This document shows positions 8,828-20,059 of a stretch of DNA of 32,000 nucleotides, piece after piece (the stretch's first letter is position 1; every line of letters begins with the position of its first letter). This DNA comes from Moraxella nasovis (GTDB taxonomy: Bacteria; Pseudomonadota; Gammaproteobacteria; Pseudomonadales; Moraxellaceae), in assembly GCF_022701215.1 (NCBI RefSeq), contig NZ_CP089976.1, positions 150,001-182,000 on the forward strand, in the 5' to 3' direction. A model generated the notes under the pieces. The model worked only from the letters and a program-made list of their open reading frames with translations, did not search any database and was not told where the DNA came from. The translations under genes were made by a program, and so were the position numbers.

Positions 8828-11572
8828 TTATTCTTCATCAATCAGCTCTGGCACAGGGTTCGGATTTACACCAACCGATACTGCAGGGGCATCTGGGAAA
8901 TAATCATAATGTGGCTGTGGCTGCCATGCAGGGGCTTGGTCAGCATCAATGCCAAATTTAGCAATCGCATCTGCAACAACCTGCACTTGTACCTGACCTT
9001 TATCAGCAAGCTGTTTAAGTGTTGCTGTAACGATATGAGCTGCATCCACATTAAAGAAACTGCGTAAGTTCTCACGAGTATCTGAACGACCAAAGCCATC
9101 AGTACCAAGCGTCGCATAGCTCATATCTTTTGGTAGCCAGCCACGAATTTGCTCAGCGTAATTACGCATATAATCAGTCGCCGCTACAACAATGCCACTC
9201 TTACCAGCAAGCTGTTCTGCAATCCAAGGTGTTTTTGACTCTTCTAATGGGTGCAAACGGTTATAATCATCACACGCCATACCATCACGAGTTAACTCAT
9301 TAAAGCTGGTTACGCTATACACATTTGATTTGATGTTATAATCATCAGCCAAGATTTTAGCTGCTTTTTGCACTTCACGCAAAATGACCCCAGAGCCAAG
9401 CAGCTGAACAGTTGCATCATCGCCACCATCTTCAAGCAAATACATACCACGCTTAATGCCCTCTTCTACACCCTCAGGCATAGCTTCATGAGTATAGTTC
9501 TCATTCATCAAGGTAATGTAGTAGTACACACGCTCACCTTCGCCATACATACGACGCAAGCCATCATGAAGCACCACCGCCAATTCATAGCCAAAGCATG
9601 GGTCGTAACTGACACAGTTAGGCACCGTGCCGAACAGGATTTGGCTATGGCCATCTTGGTGCTGTAAACCTTCACCGTTTAGCGTGGTACGCCCTGCTGT
9701 GGCTCCAAATAAGAAGCCTTGAGCTTGACAGTCGCCTGCTGCCCAAGCCAAGTCGCCCACACGTTGGAAACCGAACATTGAATAATAGATGTACATAGGA
9801 ATCATCGGCAAGGCGTTAGTTGAGTAGCTGGTCGCCAAAGCAATCCATGCACTCATTGCACCTGCTTCATTAATACCCTCTTCTAACATATGCCCATCAA
9901 TAGCCTCTTTATATCCCATCAAGGCATCGGCATCCTCAGCAACGTAATTTTGTCCGGCGGCAGAGTAAATCCCAAGCTGACGGAACATACCCTCAAGACC
10001 AAATGTACGAGCCTCGTCAGGAACGATTGGCACGACATATTTTTGAAGATCTTTATTTTTAAGTAAGGCAGAAAGTAGGCGAACAAATACCATAGTGGTT
10101 GATTGTTCTTTGCCTTTTGAGCCTTGTAGCACTTGATCAAAGATTGACAAATCAGGGATATTTAAAGGAACATGACCACTACGGCGGCTCGGTAAATGCC
10201 CACCAAGTGCTTGACGACGACCCATCAAATAACGATACTCTGCCGAATCTTCGCTTGGACGCAAAAATGGCAAACCCTTAACTTCTTCGTCATTTAACGG
10301 CAAGTCAAAACGCTCACGGAAGTATTTTAGACCTTCAGCATTTAGCTTTTTCAATTGGTGTGCTTTGTTCACCGCTTGAATTTGATTAGATAGTCCGTAG
10401 CCTTTCACAGTCTTAACCAAGATAACGGTCGGCTGCCCTTTAGCTTTCATGGCTTCAGCATAGGCGGCATACACTTTTCGTGGATCGTGACCGCCACGGT
10501 CAAGATGCATAATCTCTTCGTCCGTCCAGTCTTTTACCATTTCAGCAAGCTCAGGGTATTTGCCAAAGAAATGCTCACGGACAAACTTGCCATCACGTGC
10601 TTTATACAGCTGATAATCACCATCAACCGCTTCTAGCATACGCTGTTTTAACGCTCCTGAATCATCCTTAGCAAGCAAGCTATCCCACTTACCACCCCAA
10701 ATCACCTTAATGACACGCCAGCCTGCACCACGAAATACCGACTCAAGCTCTTGGATAATTTTACCGTTGCCGCGTACAGGACCATCGAGACGTTGTAGGT
10801 TGCAGTTAATTACCCAAATTAGGTTATCAAGCTTCTCACGCCCAGCAAGGCTGATTGCACCTAAGCTTTCTGGCTCATCGGTCTCACCATCGCCTAAGAA
10901 TGCCCAAATTTTGCGATCTTCATCTTTGATGAGTTTACGATTAGTTAGATACTTTTGGACATGGGCTTGATAAATACTCATCAAAGGACCAAGACCCATT
11001 GATACGGTTGGGAACTGCCAATAATCAGGCATCAAATATGGGTGCGGGTAGCTTGACAGACCCTTGCCACCCACTTCTCGGCGAAAATTAACAAGCTGCT
11101 CTTCGCTTAAACGTCCTTCTAAGAATGAACGTGCGTACATACCTGGTGAACCATGGCCTTGATAATAAATCAAATCACCGCCATGCTGTTCGCTCGGTGC
11201 GCGCCAAAAGTGGTTAAATCCTGTCTCATACAAGGTAGCTGATGAGGCAAAAGTCGCCAAATGTCCGCCAAGTTCATCATCGTTATCATTAGCACGGGCA
11301 ACCATCGCCATCGCATTATAACGCACCAAAGCACGGATTTTACGCTCCATGTGCAAATCACCTGGATAAGTCGGCTCGTCTTCAACAGGAATGGTGTTAA
11401 TATAGGCTGTATCTAGACGATTAAATGGCAACCCTTCTTGTACTGCCATGTTATATAGTGCTTTTAGCAGAAACTGAGCACGATCTTTATCGGCATTTTT
11501 AATCACTGATTCAAATGCGTCGAGCCACTCTTGGGTCTCTACATGATCAGGGTCTTTATAATAAGTGGTCAT
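8828..11572 (-). CDS. aceE: Pyruvate dehydrogenase E1 component (homodimeric type)
   Basis: 914 aa. The ThDP-binding region GDGETDEPES...NCNLQRLDGPVRGN is present, and the protein is colinear with enterobacterial AceE. It lies directly upstream of aceF on the same strand. Confidence 0.96.
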   Translation of the reverse strand: MTTYYKDPDHVETQEWLDAFESVIKNADKDRAQFLLKALYNMAVQEGLPFNRLDTAYINTIPVEDEPTYPGDLHMERKIRALVRYNAMAMVARANDNDDELGGHLATFASSATLYETGFNHFWRAPSEQHGGDLIYYQGHGSPGMYARSFLEGRLSEEQLVNFRREVGGKGLSSYPHPYLMPDYWQFPTVSMGLGPLMSIYQAHVQKYLTNRKLIKDEDRKIWAFLGDGETDEPESLGAISLAGREKLDNLIWVINCNLQRLDGPVRGNGKIIQELESVFRGAGWRVIKVIWGGKWDSLLAKDDSGALKQRMLEAVDGDYQLYKARDGKFVREHFFGKYPELAEMVKDWTDEEIMHLDRGGHDPRKVYAAYAEAMKAKGQPTVILVKTVKGYGLSNQIQAVNKAHQLKKLNAEGLKYFRERFDLPLNDEEVKGLPFLRPSEDSAEYRYLMGRRQALGGHLPSRRSGHVPLNIPDLSIFDQVLQGSKGKEQSTTMVFVRLLSALLKNKDLQKYVVPIVPDEARTFGLEGMFRQLGIYSAAGQNYVAEDADALMGYKEAIDGHMLEEGINEAGAMSAWIALATSYSTNALPMIPMYIYYSMFGFQRVGDLAWAAGDCQAQGFLFGATAGRTTLNGEGLQHQDGHSQILFGTVPNCVSYDPCFGYELAVVLHDGLRRMYGEGERVYYYITLMNENYTHEAMPEGVEEGIKRGMYLLEDGGDDATVQLLGSGVILREVQKAAKILADDYNIKSNVYSVTSFNELTRDGMACDDYNRLHPLEESKTPWIAEQLAGKSGIVVAATDYMRNYAEQIRGWLPKDMSYATLGTDGFGRSDTRENLRSFFNVDAAHIVTATLKQLADKGQVQVQVVADAIAKFGIDADQAPAWQPQPHYDYFPDAPAVSVGVNPNPVPELIDEE

Positions 11573-11831
11573 AACTACATCCTAAAAAATAAAAACACAA
11601 TTATGATGACATTGTTTGTACACCATAAATACAAAATAGTTGCTTTATAAATTCAACCAAATATCAGTCTTATTTTAAGCAAAATGCAAATCCAATGAGA
11701 CTTACACTTAAGTTTATTATAGCATTTTTGGCATATTTAGTTATACTTTTTAATAAATAAAAAAATAATGACTATTTTTTTACTAAATATCCAAAATAGC
11801 CATGCTAATACATTCAAACAAACACCAAAAT

Positions 11832-11858
11832 AAAAAACCGACCATTTAGTCGGCTTTT
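11832..11858 (-). terminator. Rho-independent terminator after the bacterioferritin genes
   Basis: The minus strand reads aaaagccgac-taaatg-gtcggtttttta. The stem is 10 bp with one G-U pair and is followed by a U-run. Confidence 0.8.
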
Positions 11859-11873
11859 GTTTATCTCATGGCT

Positions 11874-12344
11874 TTACGCTTGCGATTGTTGCTGGATATA
11901 ATTTTGGATACCTATGCGTTCAATCTGCTCTTGCTGAGTTTCTAGCCAATCTTCATGCTCTTCATTGCCATCTTTTAGCTCAACCAAAATTGCACGAGAA
12001 ACAAAATCACGCTTTTGCTCGCATAAAGCAATCGCATCAACAAGAACGTCATGCTTACGTTTTTCTAAACGTAAATCACAATCTAAAATCTCTTCGACAT
12101 TTTCACCGATAAGTAATTTGCCAAGCTCTTGTAAATTTGGCAATCCTTCCAAAAGAAGGATACGCTCAATGAGAACATCAGACCATTTCATTTCACGGAT
12201 TGACTGCTTATAGATGGCATTATTTAACTCTTCAACACCCCAGTTTTTTGCAATGCGTGCGTGCAAAAAATATTGGTTAATCGCAATCAATGATTGACCC
12301 AATACAGCATTTAATGCACGAATAACTTCTTTATCACCCTTCAT
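11874..12344 (-). CDS. bfr: Bacterioferritin subunit, haem-ligand type (ferroxidase ligands partly lost)
   Basis: 156 aa. [36 protein letters not shown] aligns residue-for-residue with E. coli Bfr. Met52 is retained, but E18 is Ser, H54 is Trp and E127 is Asn. An AAGGAG Shine-Dalgarno lies upstream. Confidence 0.92.
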   Translation of the reverse strand: MKGDKEVIRALNAVLGQSLIAINQYFLHARIAKNWGVEELNNAIYKQSIREMKWSDVLIERILLLEGLPNLQELGKLLIGENVEEILDCDLRLEKRKHDVLVDAIALCEQKRDFVSRAILVELKDGNEEHEDWLETQQEQIERIGIQNYIQQQSQA

Positions 12345-12364
12345 GTAGATACTCCTTTATGTGA

Positions 12365-12859
12365 TTAGTGAGTAACCGTAGCGAAAGTTGGCTCGCCAGT
12401 TTGACTTTGAAGATAGTTTTCTAAACCCATTAAGTCAATTAAACGCAGCTGCTTTTCAAGCCAATGTGCATGATCTTGTTCGGTATCTTCTAGTTGTTTT
12501 ACTAGCATATCACGAGTTACATAATCACGCTCAGCTTCGCACAGAGCAATGCCTTCTTTTAGATGTTCTTGGACGCTGTATTCTAGCTCAAGGTCGCTTT
12601 TTAGCATACTTGGCACATCATTACCAATATTAAGGTTGCTTACTTGCATATTTGGAATGCCACCAAGCATAATAACGCGATTGATGATCAATCGAGCATG
12701 CAAAGTTTCATCTTCCATCTCATGATAAATGCGATCGTGCAGCTTACCAAGCTCCCATTCGGCATACATCTGGGAGTGAATAAAATATTGATCACGAGCA
12801 CCAAGCTCACCAGCTAGAAGAAAGTTAAGATAGTCGATGACTTTTTGAGATGATTTCAT
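12365..12859 (-). CDS. bfr: Bacterioferritin subunit, ferroxidase type (haem Met52 replaced by Thr)
   Basis: The Bfr fold is present. Equivalents of E18, E51, H54, E94, E127 and H130 are all retained, and position 52 is Thr. I prefer the start at 12859 (MKSSQKVIDYL, matching the Bfr N-terminus). The track ORF starts 4 codons earlier, at 12871. Confidence 0.88.
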   Translation of the reverse strand: MKSSQKVIDYLNFLLAGELGARDQYFIHSQMYAEWELGKLHDRIYHEMEDETLHARLIINRVIMLGGIPNMQVSNLNIGNDVPSMLKSDLELEYSVQEHLKEGIALCEAERDYVTRDMLVKQLEDTEQDHAHWLEKQLRLIDLMGLENYLQSQTGEPTFATVTH

Positions 12860-13206
12860 AGTCTGCCCCATAAATTAGTTGAGTGGAAGTAAATAAATAT
12901 GGTAATTATAGTAACACAAAATCAACACAATCCAAGCTACAATTTGTATCTTTATTGAACTGAGAATGACTTTCGGCATGAAAATGACTACCAACATAGC
13001 TGTAATTTTTATCTAAGCTTATGACAGTTGAAGAACTGATTTGGATTAAGATAACTTTATGATTTTATTATTGTTATTAGATAAAGTAGCACATTACATA
13101 AGACTAACGAGAGTTAAAATATCCTAAAAAAATAACTCTCCACCAGTAACGTACATTAAAAAAATAAATCAAAATTATTGGATAGATATATTATAGAAAT
13201 AATTAA

Positions 13207-13401
13207 TCAGCTCGCCATCGCATCAACAGCGACAAATTTAGTGTGATATTCATCGAGCAAATCTTGAACCATCGGCATACAACAGCCACAACAAGTGCCA
13301 ACAGACAGTGTTTTTTGTAAGCTTTCTAGCGTATCTACACCTTGAGCCATCGCCGTCTTAATCTGAGTGTCTTTCACATCATGACAAATGCAAACGTACA
13401 T
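13207..13401 (-). CDS. bfd: Bacterioferritin-associated ferredoxin ([2Fe-2S])
   Basis: MYVCICHDVKDTQIKTAM...VGTCCGCCMPMV carries the Cys pattern of Bfd. I prefer the start at Met12 of the track ORF (13401), because it matches the Bfd N-terminus MYVC and has AGGGG 8 nt upstream. Confidence 0.85.
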   Translation of the reverse strand: MYVCICHDVKDTQIKTAMAQGVDTLESLQKTLSVGTCCGCCMPMVQDLLDEYHTKFVAVDAMAS

Positions 13402-13465
13402 ACCAACCCCTAGTTGTTTAGTTCTGCCACTCACTTAAAAGAGAATGGTTATCCTTTAATAAGTA

Positions 13466-13484
13466 CATAATAACAATAATTACT
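13466..13484. promoter_or_regulatory. Candidate Fur box upstream of bfd
   Basis: cataataacaataattact matches the 19-bp Fur consensus GATAATGATAATCATTATC at 13 of 19 positions (hand count). It lies 65-83 nt upstream of the bfd start. The DNA background is AT-rich, so chance matches are plausible. Confidence 0.3.
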
Positions 13485-13629
13485 CTTATTTACAATAACT
13501 TTTATTGATTTTTTAATTATTTTTAAGTTTCAGTAGATGATAGATACAGTTTTTTAGAAATTTTTGTTAAAATAGCCAACCAAAACTTTTTTAAAATAGC
13601 CAAACCACAACAAACGCCTAAGGCTTGAT

Positions 13630-15048
13630 ATGATTAGCATTTTTGACTTATTTAAAATTGGCATCGGTCCATCAAGCTCACACACTGTCGGGCCGATGGT
13701 TGCCGCCAACCGATTTTTGACTTTATTAGGAGAGCGTATCTCTCAGACCAAGCAAATTCGCATTGATTTATATGGCTCGCTATCATCCACAGGCAAAGGG
13801 CATGCTACTGATGTTGCTGTCATATTAGGATTGCTTGGTCATAATCCACGCACCATCAATACCAAAAAAACTGAACAATATATTGCCGATGTTTTAGAAC
13901 ATCATCAATTAAAACTTGGGGGCAAACACACCATTACGTTTAATTATGACACTGATATACTGTGGTATGATGAAGTAAATTTACCCCACCATCCTAATGG
14001 CATGATGATCAATGCTATTATGAACGATGGTGCGTGCATTAATGAAACTTACTACTCTATCGGTGGCGGATTTGTAGTGGACAGCCAAGAAATCAAAAAT
14101 GGCAACCCACTTTCCCAAGACGAACAAACCTCACCTTTTCCTTATCCTTTTTCTTCGGCAGAAGAATTGGCTCAAATTTGTTTAGAGCATTCAATAAATA
14201 TCGCTGAACTGATGCAACTCAATGAGACTGCGATTCGAACGAAAGATGAAGTACGTGACTATCTCAATGACATTTGGGATGTTATGCAAGCCTGCGTAAC
14301 TGAAGGCTGTCAAAAAGATGGCGTACTGCCAGGTGGCTTAGGGGTTAAGCGTCGTGCTAAAGCACTGTATGACATATTATCCAAAGAATATGGCAAAGCA
14401 AATGATGGCGGCTTATTAGCGATGGACTGGGTAAACCTGTACGCTCTAGCCGTCAATGAACAAAACGCCGCTGGCGGTAAAGTTGTTACCGCTCCAACAA
14501 ATGGAGCAGCTGGCATCATTCCTGCGGTATTGCATTATTATCGGGGTTTTGTTACTGGTTTTAGTTATGAAGGCGTGCGTGAGTTTTTACTTGTGGCAGG
14601 TGCTATCGGAGCATTAATTAAACAAAATGCTTCTATCTCTGGAGCAGAAGTCGGCTGTCAAGGTGAAGTCGGCTCGGCATGTGCCATGGCAGCAGCAGGT
14701 CTTGCTCATGTCATGGGCGGTACCGTTGCCCAGTGCCTAAATGCCGCTGAAATTGGGCTTGAGCATAACCTAGGGCTAACGTGCGATCCGATAGCAGGGC
14801 TTGTTCAAGTGCCTTGTATTGAAAGAAATGCCATGGCTTCAATCAAAGCGATTAATGCTGCAAGGCTTGCCTTACGTGGTAATGGCACACATTATGTATC
14901 TTTAGACAAAGCGATTGCCACGATGAAAGAAACTGGCAAAGATATGATGGATAAATACAAGGAAACTGCCCGTGGTGGTCTGGCAATCTATGCTGATGGG
15001 CGTATTCCCATTGCAAGCATCAATGCTGGCGGATTTAGCCAATGCTAA
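13630..15048 (+). CDS. sdaA: L-serine ammonia-lyase (L-serine dehydratase, single-chain Fe-S type)
   Basis: 472 aa. [23 protein letters not shown] is the hallmark N-terminus. The protein also has [15 protein letters not shown] and [17 protein letters not shown]. Confidence 0.95.
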   Translation: MISIFDLFKIGIGPSSSHTVGPMVAANRFLTLLGERISQTKQIRIDLYGSLSSTGKGHATDVAVILGLLGHNPRTINTKKTEQYIADVLEHHQLKLGGKHTITFNYDTDILWYDEVNLPHHPNGMMINAIMNDGACINETYYSIGGGFVVDSQEIKNGNPLSQDEQTSPFPYPFSSAEELAQICLEHSINIAELMQLNETAIRTKDEVRDYLNDIWDVMQACVTEGCQKDGVLPGGLGVKRRAKALYDILSKEYGKANDGGLLAMDWVNLYALAVNEQNAAGGKVVTAPTNGAAGIIPAVLHYYRGFVTGFSYEGVREFLLVAGAIGALIKQNASISGAEVGCQGEVGSACAMAAAGLAHVMGGTVAQCLNAAEIGLEHNLGLTCDPIAGLVQVPCIERNAMASIKAINAARLALRGNGTHYVSLDKAIATMKETGKDMMDKYKETARGGLAIYADGRIPIASINAGGFSQC

Positions 15049-15071
15049 ATAAGCATAAAAAATAAGCATAA

Positions 15072-15102
15072 AAAAGCCCCAATGCCAAGCTTGGGGCTTT
15101 TT
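15072..15102. terminator. Bidirectional terminator between sdaA (+) and the lipoprotein gene (-)
   Basis: Stem aaaagccccaa (15072-15082) / ttggggctttt (15091-15101) with an 8-nt loop. Confidence 0.9.
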
Positions 15103-15114
15103 ATTAACTACAAC

Positions 15115-15519
15115 TTACTGTACAATTTCAGCTGTCTTAGATATGATTTTATTTAGTGACCAAACAGGTTGTACAGCTTTAGCATCACTGTTTACAACGC
15201 TTGTTTGCTTAACGTCTAATACATAACGATAGCCATCTTCGTAATTAAAGCCTTCAATATCGCCACTTAGAACGTTAAAGTTGCGATCAAAAGGACGACG
15301 ATACTGCAAGCATTCAACTTGAGTATTTACTCCAGCAGTATTAGTCACATCACAAACTGCCTTGCGTGGAGCGATTTCCACTTCAAAGCTTGAGATGTTT
15401 TGGATTTTTACTTCTTTAACTTCGCCTTCAACGATGACATTACGTGTGTCTTTTAGGTTGGTAGCACAGCCAGTTAGAGCAATAGCACCTGCGATGGCAG
15501 CAACGGTCAACTTCTTCAT
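15115..15519 (-). CDS. Putative lipoprotein (DUF4377-like C-terminal domain, from memory)
   Basis: 134 aa. It has a signal peptide with lipobox MKKLTVAAIAGAIALTGC and a GFNYEDGYRYVLDVK motif that I associate with DUF4377-type lipoproteins. A GGAGAAA Shine-Dalgarno lies upstream. Confidence 0.7.
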   Translation of the reverse strand: MKKLTVAAIAGAIALTGCATNLKDTRNVIVEGEVKEVKIQNISSFEVEIAPRKAVCDVTNTAGVNTQVECLQYRRPFDRNFNVLSGDIEGFNYEDGYRYVLDVKQTSVVNSDAKAVQPVWSLNKIISKTAEIVQ

Positions 15520-15618
15520 AAGTTTCTCCTTTGTGATGTTAGATTTAAAAAATGTTACGGCTCAATCATAGCATAAAATATTTACTAAAATATTAAAAAT
15601 TGTAACTTAATGTTAATT

Positions 15619-15801
15619 TTACTCATCATCTTTCTTGTCGCCATCAGGGATAACTGCTTTAACCACTTTGGCTGTACCCTTGACCACACCCTTGGTGGTT
15701 TTATAAGCGACCTTAACAGGTACAGTAACGACTTTATGAACACAGCCTTGTAGGATAAAGGCGGTGCTAATGATGAAAATTAAGGTTGAAAGTTTTTTCA
15801 T
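15619..15801 (-). CDS. Small hypothetical lipoprotein (60 aa)
   Basis: The N-terminus is MKKLSTLIFIISTAFILQGC (lipobox LQGC) and the mature part is Lys/Val-rich. I recognise no homology. Confidence 0.55.
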   Translation of the reverse strand: MKKLSTLIFIISTAFILQGCVHKVVTVPVKVAYKTTKGVVKGTAKVVKAVIPDGDKKDDE

Positions 15802-15839
15802 AATTGACCTAATGATTAAAAATTGACCTAATGATTAAA
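15802..15839. repeat. Perfect 19-bp tandem duplication (2 copies) abutting the small lipoprotein start codon
   Basis: aattgacctaatgattaaa occurs at 15802-15820 and again at 15821-15839. Confidence 0.95.
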
Positions 15840-15943
15840 ATAACATCAATAAAAAGCTAAAAGTTGGTTTTAAACTTGATTGATAAGCATGGGAAAAATA
15901 CGATTACCCTTGCGGTTTTAATGGCATTTTAATTGAAATTCAA

Positions 15944-17158
15944 TTAACTGCGATAATCAGCGTTGATTTTCACATAATCATACGATAAATCACAGGTGTA
16001 AACCGTATCACTTGCCCACCCTTGTCCAAGTTCAATATGAATGGTAATTTCAGGGCGACTCATCACCACCTGACCACGCTCTTCACTATAACCATCTGCT
16101 AATCCGCCACGTTCACAGATTTTAACTTCATCAAGCGACACACTTACTTTTGATTGCTCAAAATCCACGCCTGCATAGCCTGCTGCTGCCAAAATCCGCC
16201 CCCAATTTGGGTCAGAAGCAAAAAAAGCGGTCTTAACAAGTGGTGAGTGAGCCACTGCATAGGCAATTTTGGCACAGTCTTGGGTTGTTTTTCCACCTGT
16301 GACTTTTACCGTGATAAATTTAGTCGCCCCTTCGCCATCTTGCACAATCATCTGGGCGATTTTTAACATCACTGTTGCTATCGCTTGGTACAGTTTAGCA
16401 AAATGTGGGTGATTTTCGCTGTCAATGTGTTCGCCCACTTGCCCTGTTGCAATAAGCGTGCAGCAATCGTTGGTGGAAGTGTCGCCATCCACCGTGATAC
16501 GGTTAAACGACTTATTTACCGTTTTGGTTAAAATATCTTGTAGCAAGCGTTTATCGATACTTGCGTCCGTTGCCACAAAGCCAAGCATAGTTGCCATATT
16601 TGGGCGAATCATTCCCGCCCCTTTGCTAATACCTGTTACCGTGTAGGTTATGCCGTCAATTTCTATAATCTCGCTATGACCCTTAGGCGTGGTGTCGGTC
16701 GTCATAATCGCATGGGATGCATTTAGCCAATTATCTTCATCAAGATTTGTCAAAGCATCATCAAGCCCTGCGATGATTTTATCGCTTGGCAAGCTTTCAC
16801 CAATCACACCTGTAGAGTAAGGCAACACTTGACTTATTTTCACTGCGGTTTTATCCGCTAAGGCTTGGCAAGTGGCTTTGGCACGATTTAGACCATCTTC
16901 ACCTGTGCCTGCGTTGGCATTACCTGTGTTGATAAGCAAGTAACGTGGGCTATCATTTTTGATAAATTCACGCACCAGTTGTACAGGAGCGGCACAAAAT
17001 TGGTTCTGAGTAGTAACCACCGCTACGTTTGCCCCTTCACAAATCTCAAATACCGTCAAATCTTTACGGTTCACATAGCGAACATAAGCTTTAGCGATAC
17101 CGATTTTAATGCCTTTGACTGGGTTTAATCTGACTAAAGCTGCGTTTTTGACTGGCAT
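15944..17158 (-). CDS. argJ: Bifunctional glutamate N-acetyltransferase / amino-acid acetyltransferase
   Basis: 404 aa. It has KGAGMIRPNMATMLGF (autoproteolytic ATML site), TVDGDTSTND and a C-terminal YVKINADYRS, all typical of ArgJ. Confidence 0.95.
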   Translation of the reverse strand: MPVKNAALVRLNPVKGIKIGIAKAYVRYVNRKDLTVFEICEGANVAVVTTQNQFCAAPVQLVREFIKNDSPRYLLINTGNANAGTGEDGLNRAKATCQALADKTAVKISQVLPYSTGVIGESLPSDKIIAGLDDALTNLDEDNWLNASHAIMTTDTTPKGHSEIIEIDGITYTVTGISKGAGMIRPNMATMLGFVATDASIDKRLLQDILTKTVNKSFNRITVDGDTSTNDCCTLIATGQVGEHIDSENHPHFAKLYQAIATVMLKIAQMIVQDGEGATKFITVKVTGGKTTQDCAKIAYAVAHSPLVKTAFFASDPNWGRILAAAGYAGVDFEQSKVSVSLDEVKICERGGLADGYSEERGQVVMSRPEITIHIELGQGWASDTVYTCDLSYDYVKINADYRS

Positions 17159-17232
17159 AAGATTTCCTTACTATTGCATTTGTGCAGTTACACTTTAGAT
17201 AACGCTTTAAATAACACTTAATCATCAATGCA

Positions 17233-17275
17233 ACTTAGTACAATCGCTGATTTTAACATAGTGATTGTACTAAGT
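17233..17275 (-). terminator. 13-bp perfect inverted repeat downstream of xthA (possible terminator or operator)
   Basis: acttagtacaatc (17233-17245) and gattgtactaagt (17263-17275) are exact reverse complements with a 17-nt loop. No clean U-tract follows, so the function is uncertain. Confidence 0.4.
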
Positions 17276-17285
17276 TTGGGGGCTA

Positions 17286-18101
17286 TCAGCAATCAAATGT
17301 AGCCCAGATTGGGGCATGATCGCTTGGCTTTTCCATCGCTCTTAGCTCATAACTGACACCCGCATCAGTTAATTTATCCATCAAATCAGATGTAGCTAAA
17401 ATATGATCGATACGCAGTCCACGCTTTGGCTCATCATCAAAACCTTTGGAGCGATAATCAAACCAGCTCAAAGTCGTTCCATCAGCGTATAGATGGCGAT
17501 ACGTGTCATGTAGCTTAGTCGCAAGTAATGTCTGATACCACTCACGCTCTTCTGGCAAGAACGAACAGATGCCTTGCGACAGCCAACGCTTGGCATTTTT
17601 CTCACCAATCCCTACATCTAAATCTTCTGGAGCGATATTCATATCTCCCATTAAGATAATACTGCGATTTTCAGCGATAAGCTGTAAAATGTAGTGGGTC
17701 AAATCAGCATAATATTTGCGTTTCATCGGAAATTTTGTCTCATGCTTACGGTTCTCGCCTTGGGGAAAGTAGCCGTTTAGCACGTCGATTTCTTGACCAT
17801 TAATCTCAAACCTTGCGTGAATAAAGCGTCTTTGGGCGTCTTCTGGATCTGTTGGAAAGCCCTTTTGCACAAAAATAGGGGCGACTTTAGAGCAGATTGC
17901 CACGCCATAATGCGACTTTTGACCAAAAAACTCCACATGATACCCTAAATCTTTAACCATCTCAAATGGAAAAGCCTCATCATGAACCTTGGTTTCTTGC
18001 AGGCCAATAATATCGGCATTTAAAATATCTCTCACCGCTTCAAGCTGATGGGGTCTGGCACGCAATCCATTAATGTTAAAGCTTACAAAAGTCGTCATCA
18101 T
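17286..18101 (-). CDS. xthA: Exodeoxyribonuclease III (AP endonuclease)
   Basis: Colinear with E. coli XthA from MMTTFVSFNINGLRARPHQLEA to EKPSDHAPIWATF. I place the start at 18101 (Met16 of the track ORF), because E. coli XthA begins MKFVSFNINGLRA and the 15 extra upstream codons contain a promoter. Confidence 0.93.
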   Translation of the reverse strand: MMTTFVSFNINGLRARPHQLEAVRDILNADIIGLQETKVHDEAFPFEMVKDLGYHVEFFGQKSHYGVAICSKVAPIFVQKGFPTDPEDAQRRFIHARFEINGQEIDVLNGYFPQGENRKHETKFPMKRKYYADLTHYILQLIAENRSIILMGDMNIAPEDLDVGIGEKNAKRWLSQGICSFLPEEREWYQTLLATKLHDTYRHLYADGTTLSWFDYRSKGFDDEPKRGLRIDHILATSDLMDKLTDAGVSYELRAMEKPSDHAPIWATFDC

Positions 18102-18123
18102 ATTCTCATTAATTAAAAAATAG

Positions 18124-18153
18124 ATTGTAGCAAATTTTTTGGACACATGACAA
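18124..18153 (-). promoter_or_regulatory. Candidate sigma70 promoter of xthA
   Basis: On the minus strand, TTGTCA (18153-18148) is followed by an 18-nt spacer and then TACAAT (18129-18124). The -10 lies 23 nt upstream of the ATG at 18101. Confidence 0.5.
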
Positions 18154-18178
18154 TAAAATTGTGTACAATGATTGCCAC

Positions 18179-19230
<1,052 letters not shown>

Positions 19231-20059
19231 AATGTGTTTAAATCAGTGCGAACATAGCCAGGATAAATCGTTGATACCGTGATGGGTAATTTTTCAGTAA
19301 TCGTATCAGCACGAATACCTTCGGCAAGTGCAGCAATACCTGCTTTGGCAGCAGCGTAAGTCGTCAAATGACGTGGCAGACCACGCACAGCTGACATACT
19401 AGAGATAACCACCAAATGCCCGCTGTTTTGACGACGGAAAATCTGCATGGCAGCTTCGCACTGTGCCAATGCTGCGATAAAATTTGTCTCAGCAGTGACT
19501 TTATTAATATTAAATCGACCATGGCCGATTACACGACTATCGCCCACGCCAGCATTCACGATAACTTTATCTAGACCGCCACATTCAGTAGCGAAACTTT
19601 CAAAAACACTAAACACATCATCATGCATGGTGACATCTAAAGCCTTCACGTGTACTTTAATGCCATATTCATGCTCAAGCTGCGTCTTAAGCATCTCAAG
19701 CCGGTCTAACCGTCTGGCACAAATCGCCAAATCATAGCCTAAGAAAGCAAACTTACGAGCCATCGCTGCACCAAGCCCGGAGCTAGCACCTGTAATTAAT
19801 ACAGTCTTAGATTCGCCTATGCCACGAATTTTATTTAAATCACTGATTTTATTAAATTTATTTGCAATAACACGACCAAATTTATCGATCTTCGCAAATG
19901 CTTCTTCTAGTTTCTTCATGGTTCATCAAATACAAAAAAAAGAGAAATGTAATACAATGACAAGTAAAAACAGCTTAGACCCATCATTGTATCAGTATTT
20001 TAAAAATAAGCGATGGTTTTTATGACTATAATATCACAACGATCGCTATCTTATCACAT

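Noticed and set aside
13040-13100. Fur-box-like AT-rich sequence (gataactttatgattttattattgttattagataa) in the bfr-bfd spacer
   Set aside because: The best alignments to the 19-bp Fur consensus gave only 9-10 of 19 matches by hand, which is indistinguishable from background in AT-rich DNA.
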